Assembly (NCBI GenBank): GCA_964394645.1 | Contig: CAYMYC010000001.1 | Span: 274,052 to 338,051 of the forward strand | Source: an uncultured Gammaproteobacteria bacterium | GTDB taxonomy: Bacteria > Patescibacteriota > Microgenomatia > Levybacterales > GWA1-39-11 | Length of the DNA: 64,000 bases | Direction of reading: 5' to 3' | Part shown: positions 58,702-64,000 of the stretch, in pieces | Layout: each line of letters opens with the position of its first letter | Position numbering within the stretch: position 1 is the stretch's first letter | Translations under genes and position numbers: made by a program | The notes under the pieces: generated by a model | Seen by the model: the letters and a program-made list of their open reading frames with translations, nothing else | What the model was told of the DNA's origin: nothing | Databases searched by the model: none

Positions 58702-59398
58702 AGAGCTATCAATTTTCTTTCCATTTTGGAATGAGGAAAAAAACATTGAACGAGTAGTAACAAGCGCAATTCCAGTAGCTGAAAAGTATGCACAAAAATG
58801 GGAGATCATCATGGTTGATGATGGGTCCAAGGATCATACATATGCGCTCGCTGAAAAATTAGCAAAAAATCATAAGAATTTACGTGTTGTGAGTCATACT
58901 CCAAACATTGGATATGGATCGGCTTTAAAAGAGGGGTTTTTAAACGCAAAATATAATATTACGGTATTTACTGACGGGGATGCGCAATTTGATTTTTCTG
59001 AGATATACAAATTTGTTGATCTTATTCAGGATGCAGATATAGTAATAGGGTATAGAAAAAAAAGACGGGATAGTTATGGACGACATATATTAATGCATCT
59101 ACTAAAGATTTGGGATTACTTGTTCTTTAGGTTCTACTACAGAGATATAGATTGTGGGTTTAAGATGTTTAAGAAAGAAGCATTGGAGAAAATAATGCCT
59201 CTGCGTTCTGATGGAGCAATGATAACAACTGAGATTTTAGCAAAAGCGAAGAAAAAAAAGTTGATAATAAAAGAAGTTGAAGTTGAGCACTATCCGAGAA
59301 AATATGGTGCTCAGACGGGTGCAAATGTAAGTGTTGTTGTGCGTGCTATACTTGAAAGTTTTATATTGTGGTGGGATATTAAAAATTCTAGATTTTAA
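58688..59398 (+). CDS. GT2 polyprenol-phosphate glycosyltransferase (DPM-like)
   Basis: FPFWNE, VDDGSKD, GYGSAL, TDGDAQF, DIDCGFK. Confidence 0.9.
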   Translation: MTKLKELSIFFPFWNEEKNIERVVTSAIPVAEKYAQKWEIIMVDDGSKDHTYALAEKLAKNHKNLRVVSHTPNIGYGSALKEGFLNAKYNITVFTDGDAQFDFSEIYKFVDLIQDADIVIGYRKKRRDSYGRHILMHLLKIWDYLFFRFYYRDIDCGFKMFKKEALEKIMPLRSDGAMITTEILAKAKKKKLIIKEVEVEHYPRKYGAQTGANVSVVVRAILESFILWWDIKNSRF

Positions 59399-59430
59399 TA
59401 TTTAGCTTGCCATTCAATTTCAACTATATC

Positions 59431-60912
59431 ATGCAAGAGTCAGATGAATCAGGAGTCATACAATTTGAAATTATTGCAAAAAAATCTGTTAAAGGAATTT
59501 TTGCATTAACTTCACGAACTTTTCTAATTCAGATTCTATCAATTGTAACAAGTGTAATTCTTAGTATCTATTTATCCCCAGCTACTTTTGGAGTATTCTT
59601 TGTCGTGTCTGCAATTGTTGTATTTCTAAAATATTTTCAAGATATTGGTCTTGCCGCGAGTTTAATTCAGAAGAAGAAGGAGCCGACAGTTATTGAGTTA
59701 AGGTCAACATTTTTCATTCAACAGTTATTAGTATTAGGAGTGACTATTCCGGCAATTATATTCGCAAAACAAATTGCATTTTTTTATAAACTAGATTTTG
59801 ACGGACTTATATTGCTTTATGCATTGCTTTTTTCATTTATCGCTTCTTCCCTAAAAACAATTCCCACAATATTACTTGAGAGAAAATTAGAATTTAATAA
59901 ACTGGTTCTTCCAGAAATAGTTGAGAATATTGCCTATAACGCTTGTCTAATTGTGCTAGCAGTTTTAGGACTAGGTATTAAAAGTTTTACCGTTGCCGTG
60001 CTGGCAAGGAGCATATTAGGGCTAATAGTCATATATTGGATACAGCCATGGCCGATAGGTATTGCCTTAAATAAGAAGTCAATAAAACAATTGCTTACGT
60101 TCGGTATCCCGTTTCAGGCGAATTCATTCCTTGCGTTATTTAAAGATAATTTATTTGATTTATATTTAGCAAAGGTGCTTACTGCAACTCAATTAGGCTA
60201 TGTAGGTTTTTCTCAAAAGTGGGCGTATATGCCTCTCAGACTATTTATGGATAATATTATAAAAGTTACATTCCCTTCGTTTAGTAGACTACAACATGAT
60301 AAGCAAGCGTTAGGAAGAGCAATTGAAAAGACACTTTTTTTAACCTCAACAGTTATGATCCCAACAGTTGTGATAATCGTACTATTCTCTCCATATTTAG
60401 TTGCTTTTTTCTCTGAATATAAAAAATGGGAGCCTGCCATTCTTTCTTTGACCTTCTTCTCTCTTAGTACTGTTATGTCATCCCTATCTACCCCGCTTAC
60501 CAATATTCTAAACGCAATTGGAAAGGTAAAAATTACATTGTATTTTATGATATTCTGGACTATTTTAACCTGGGTAATAAGTCCTCTGTTTATAATTTTA
60601 TATGGGTATAATGGTGTAGCCCTTGCTTCATTTATTATTTCCTTGTCGTCCGTTCTCGTATTCTTTATTGCGAGAAGCTTCGTATCATTTAGAATCGTGA
60701 AACCACTTTATCCATCTTTTGTAGCTGGAATTGGAATGTTTATATTTACATTATTTACTCAAAATATCATATTAAATATTCCTCTTCTTTTTATAGGTGT
60801 TTTTCTTTCATCCCTCTTTTACATATCAGTTCTTTATCTTCTTGCTAAAAATGAAATACATAAAACTATAACTTTTGTTCGTGTGAGTGTGAAAAAGGAG
60901 GAACAGGCATGA
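59431..60912 (+). CDS. wzx: Wzx-type oligosaccharide flippase
   Basis: LSPATFG, DIGLAASLIQ, VTFPSFSRLQ; about 12-14 TM helices. Confidence 0.85.
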   Translation: MQESDESGVIQFEIIAKKSVKGIFALTSRTFLIQILSIVTSVILSIYLSPATFGVFFVVSAIVVFLKYFQDIGLAASLIQKKKEPTVIELRSTFFIQQLLVLGVTIPAIIFAKQIAFFYKLDFDGLILLYALLFSFIASSLKTIPTILLERKLEFNKLVLPEIVENIAYNACLIVLAVLGLGIKSFTVAVLARSILGLIVIYWIQPWPIGIALNKKSIKQLLTFGIPFQANSFLALFKDNLFDLYLAKVLTATQLGYVGFSQKWAYMPLRLFMDNIIKVTFPSFSRLQHDKQALGRAIEKTLFLTSTVMIPTVVIIVLFSPYLVAFFSEYKKWEPAILSLTFFSLSTVMSSLSTPLTNILNAIGKVKITLYFMIFWTILTWVISPLFIILYGYNGVALASFIISLSSVLVFFIARSFVSFRIVKPLYPSFVAGIGMFIFTLFTQNIILNIPLLFIGVFLSSLFYISVLYLLAKNEIHKTITFVRVSVKKEEQA

Positions 60913-61820
60913 TAAGTGTTGTAATCTCTGCATATAATGAAGAGAAAAATATTGCAGCATGTATAGAATCAGTTGAAAGCTTGGCAAGTGAGGTAATTGT
61001 GGTTGATAACTCCTCAAAGGATGCAACGGCAATGATAGCTAAAAAAAGCGGAGCTAAGGTATATACTCAAGAGAATAATCCAAAAAAGATAGATTTACAA
61101 AAAAATTACGGATTTGATAAGGCGAATGGGGAATGGATATTATCTCTTGATGCGGATGAACGAGTAACCCAGAAGCTTTCGCAAGAAATAAAAAACATAC
61201 TGCAGCAAGAGGATAATGTTAACGGATATTTAATTCCACGTAAAAATATTATCTTTGGTAAATGGATCAGGAATTCTATCTGGTGGCCAGATTATCAGAT
61301 GAGATTATTTAAGAAGGGAAAGGGGAAATTTTTAAAGGCATCTGTTCATAAGCAAATAGAAATTAAGGGTGAAACCAGATATATGAGCGAACCTTTAACT
61401 CATTACAATTATGACAGCGTATCTCAATATGTTTCTCGCATGAATAACATATACACAGAAATAGAGGCGGATACTTTTATGTCAGAAGGGAAAAAATTGC
61501 ATTGGACTGCTGCAATACAGATGCCTATATCTGATTTTATGAAGACGTATTTTTTCCAAAAAGGTTATAGGGATGGACTTCATGGTCTCATTCTCTCAGG
61601 TCTTCAAGCATTCTATATGTTTCTTGTGTTTGCAAAGATATGGGAGAGGCAGGGTTTTTACGATAAAGATTCAAGGGATGTATTAGAGGGAGTAGATCAG
61701 GAGATGAAGATTTTGCGTAAGAATGCTACCTTTTGGATGCTAAAGACAATGCAGGAAAATACTAAGAACCCGTTTAAAAAAGCTATTTATATTTTTGCAA
61801 GAAAAATAAATAAGACCTAG
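60909..61820 (+). CDS. GT2 glycosyltransferase (WaaE/KdtX-like)
   Basis: AYNEE, QKNYG, LDADE, PDYQMRLF, GYRDGLHG. Confidence 0.9.
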   Translation: MISVVISAYNEEKNIAACIESVESLASEVIVVDNSSKDATAMIAKKSGAKVYTQENNPKKIDLQKNYGFDKANGEWILSLDADERVTQKLSQEIKNILQQEDNVNGYLIPRKNIIFGKWIRNSIWWPDYQMRLFKKGKGKFLKASVHKQIEIKGETRYMSEPLTHYNYDSVSQYVSRMNNIYTEIEADTFMSEGKKLHWTAAIQMPISDFMKTYFFQKGYRDGLHGLILSGLQAFYMFLVFAKIWERQGFYDKDSRDVLEGVDQEMKILRKNATFWMLKTMQENTKNPFKKAIYIFARKINKT

Positions 61821-61821
61821 T

Positions 61822-62739
61822 ATGAAGAAAATATTTGTTGTAGTGCTCAATTTCAACGGGTGTAAAAACACGGTAGATTGTGTTAAGACATTGCAGGAAG
61901 TACGTTCTCCGCAGGGACATGAGATTATCCCCTTGATTGTGGATAATGCATCAGTGGACGCTTCGGTTTTGACATTTAAATCACAATTTAAAAACATCAC
62001 CCTTATAGAGAATAAAAAAAACCTAGGGTATGCGGGGGGAAACAACACTGGAATACAATATGCGCTAAATCATGATGCGTCACATATTGTTATTTTGAAT
62101 AATGACACTCTTCTTACAAGGTCTTCAATTTTTGAGTTATTTAATTCACTTAAAAAGTATAATTCAGATGTGGCTTGTCCTAAAATATATTTTGAAAAAG
62201 GTTATGAATATCACAAAGATAGATACCAGAAGAGTGAGCTTGGTAAGGTTTTTTGGTTTGCAGGTGCTGAAATGGACTTCGCAAACATAATAGGTCACCA
62301 CAGAGGTGTTGATGAGGTTGATTCCGGGCAATATGACAAAATGACGGATATAAATTTTATAACCGGGGCATGCTTTATTGGAACAAGAGATGTTTTTGAA
62401 AAGGTCGGTATGTTTAATGAAGATTATTTTTTATATTATGAGGATGCTGATCTAAGTATGCGAATTCGAAGTGCAGGATTTAAAATTGCTTTTGCCTCTG
62501 ATGCAATTGTATATCACAAGAATGCTGGGTCCACGGGTGGTTCAGGTTCAAGCCTGCAAGACTATTATATTACAAGAAATAGACTACTTTTCGGAATGCA
62601 TTACGCATCCCGTCGTACAAAGTTTGCATTAGTAAGAGAGAGTATAAGAAACTTAATACAAGGTAGAAAATGGCAAAAAAGGGGAGTAGTTGATTACTAT
62701 TTGCATAGATTGGGCCGCGGAACATATCCCCTTCCATAA
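61822..62739 (+). CDS. GT2 glycosyltransferase (rhamnosyltransferase-like)
   Basis: VDNAS, NLGYAGGNN, LNND, YFLYYEDAD, YYITRNR. Confidence 0.9.
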   Translation: MKKIFVVVLNFNGCKNTVDCVKTLQEVRSPQGHEIIPLIVDNASVDASVLTFKSQFKNITLIENKKNLGYAGGNNTGIQYALNHDASHIVILNNDTLLTRSSIFELFNSLKKYNSDVACPKIYFEKGYEYHKDRYQKSELGKVFWFAGAEMDFANIIGHHRGVDEVDSGQYDKMTDINFITGACFIGTRDVFEKVGMFNEDYFLYYEDADLSMRIRSAGFKIAFASDAIVYHKNAGSTGGSGSSLQDYYITRNRLLFGMHYASRRTKFALVRESIRNLIQGRKWQKRGVVDYYLHRLGRGTYPLP

Positions 62740-62741
62740 GC

Positions 62742-64000
62742 ATGAATATTCTTAAAAAACATATAGGACTTATTGTAGTTATTTGTATAGGTTTATTGCC
62801 TGTTTTGCCATTATTCCATGAAGGACTGCCAATTACTCATGATGGTCAAGATCATGTTGCAAGGATTGCAAATTTTTATTTAAATTTATCTGAGGGCAAT
62901 ATTATTCCTCGATGGGCAGCAAATCTCAATTGGGGATATGGACATCCAATATTAATGTTTCTCTATCCCGTACCCTCTTATTTAGCATCATTTTTTCATT
63001 TTCTTGGTTTTTCATTGGTTGATTCAGTAAAGATAGTTTTTGGATTAAGCTATATTCTTAGTGGGGTTACAATGTATTTCTTTGTAAGAAACGCATTTTC
63101 AGAAAAAGCAGGAATTTTGTCAGCAGTGCTATATATGTATGCTCCTTATAGGTTCGTTGATTTCTATGTTCGGGGCGCGATTGGTGAGCATGTCGCATTT
63201 ATATTTATTCCACTCATATTGTATTGTGTATATAAATTAGCAAAGAGCAGTTCGCCAATATTTTTATTATTTGGCGGGGCATCAATATTCTGTTTACTAT
63301 TATCACATAATGCTCTGGCATTAATGTTTTTGCCAATAATAATTTCCTACATGTCACTTCTTGTAATTGCGAGTAAACAAAAAGCTATGCTCGCTGTAAG
63401 TTATACCCTCTTTTTGCTTATAGGTTTTGGTTTATCAAGCTTTTTTGTAATGCCCGCTTTTTTTGAAGGAAAGTATACGTTAAGAGATATTGTGACAGGT
63501 AAAGGAGAATATAAAACTGGGTTTGTTAATTTTATTCAATTCGTTATTCCTAGTTGGAGTTATGGAGGGAGTTTGAATTTGTCAAAACAAATAGGGTTAG
63601 TTCAGATAGGAGCGATTATTGTTGCTTCTGTGATATTTTTTAAATCACACATGAAAAGGAATATTTCTTTGTACGCACTTTTCTCTGTAGCGATTTTTAT
63701 GTCTCTTATTCTTATGACCTCGTATTCAAATTTTGTTTGGGAGAAAATTACAATTTTTCAAAAATTTCAATTCCCTTGGAGGTTGTTGTCTGTAGTAGTT
63801 CTTGCAGCAGCCATTCTTCCTGCTTTTGCCTTTCCATATAAGAATAAAAAAATAAGTAAGGGAGCAATTTTGTATCTTTCGGTGATGTGTGCGTTTTCTA
63901 TTATTTTGTATTATCCCTACTATCAAACGCGTGGATACCTAATAAAAGACGAGAGATTTTATTCACAAGTCTACAAAAGTACGACAGATACTGGTGAGAG
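62742..64000 (+). CDS. YfhO/PTPS-related GT-C membrane protein (runs off the window; not in ORF track)
   Basis: MNILKKHIG...THDGQDHVARIANF...LNWGYGHP...DFYVRG...FQFPWR. Confidence 0.85.
   Translation, partial: MNILKKHIGLIVVICIGLLPVLPLFHEGLPITHDGQDHVARIANFYLNLSEGNIIPRWAANLNWGYGHPILMFLYPVPSYLASFFHFLGFSLVDSVKIVFGLSYILSGVTMYFFVRNAFSEKAGILSAVLYMYAPYRFVDFYVRGAIGEHVAFIFIPLILYCVYKLAKSSSPIFLLFGGASIFCLLLSHNALALMFLPIIISYMSLLVIASKQKAMLAVSYTLFLLIGFGLSSFFVMPAFFEGKYTLRDIVTGKGEYKTGFVNFIQFVIPSWSYGGSLNLSKQIGLVQIGAIIVASVIFFKSHMKRNISLYALFSVAIFMSLILMTSYSNFVWEKITIFQKFQFPWRLLSVVVLAAAILPAFAFPYKNKKISKGAILYLSVMCAFSIILYYPYYQTRGYLIKDERFYSQVYKSTTDTGE

Noticed and set aside
195-63926. Numerous 60-130 aa ORFs overlapping longer genes (e.g. 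4442, 17085, 23152, 36370, 40455, 53724, 63726)
   Set aside because: Antisense or off-frame shadows of well-supported genes with no motifs.
1-64000. Alternative genetic code (TGA recoding as in Gracilibacteria/SR1)
   Set aside because: Long genes are intact under code 11 and several end in TGA with ATGA coupling.

Overview
AT-rich bacterial DNA using standard code 11 (TGA is a stop). Gene content and the many leaderless starts suggest a Patescibacteria/CPR genome, probably Microgenomates-like (inference). Bases 1-42150 are an accessory hotspot stacked against the 3' end of a tRNA-Glu(CTC) gene (42142-42216, minus strand). The hotspot looks like three tandem elements, each ending in a large serine recombinase (LSR) that points at the tRNA. 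E1 (<1 to ~8540) carries a MORC/GHKL-ATPase-histidine kinase, a receiver protein, an HNH nuclease and an m6A methyltransferase. E2 (~8540-24720) carries a nuclease gene string, a capsid-less ParB-MTase/TerS-like/TerL module and MarR/MFS/redox cargo. E3 (24747-42150) carries XRE regulators, Pif1, an RM-like pair with an RloC-like ATPase, repeat-bounded small genes, a Replic_Relax relaxase and a coupling ATPase. The clearest unannotated signal is that the E3 integrase appears split by its own attachment site. It now reads through the antisense tRNA, while an in-frame alternative C-terminus sits 17.4 kb away behind the same GTGACCC core, with the 5-bp motif shift typical of LSR attP versus attB. 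Bases 42348-64000 look like host chromosome: trhO followed by a long cluster of GT-C/GT2 glycosyltransferases and a flippase. All calls come from reading motifs by eye; no database searches were run.
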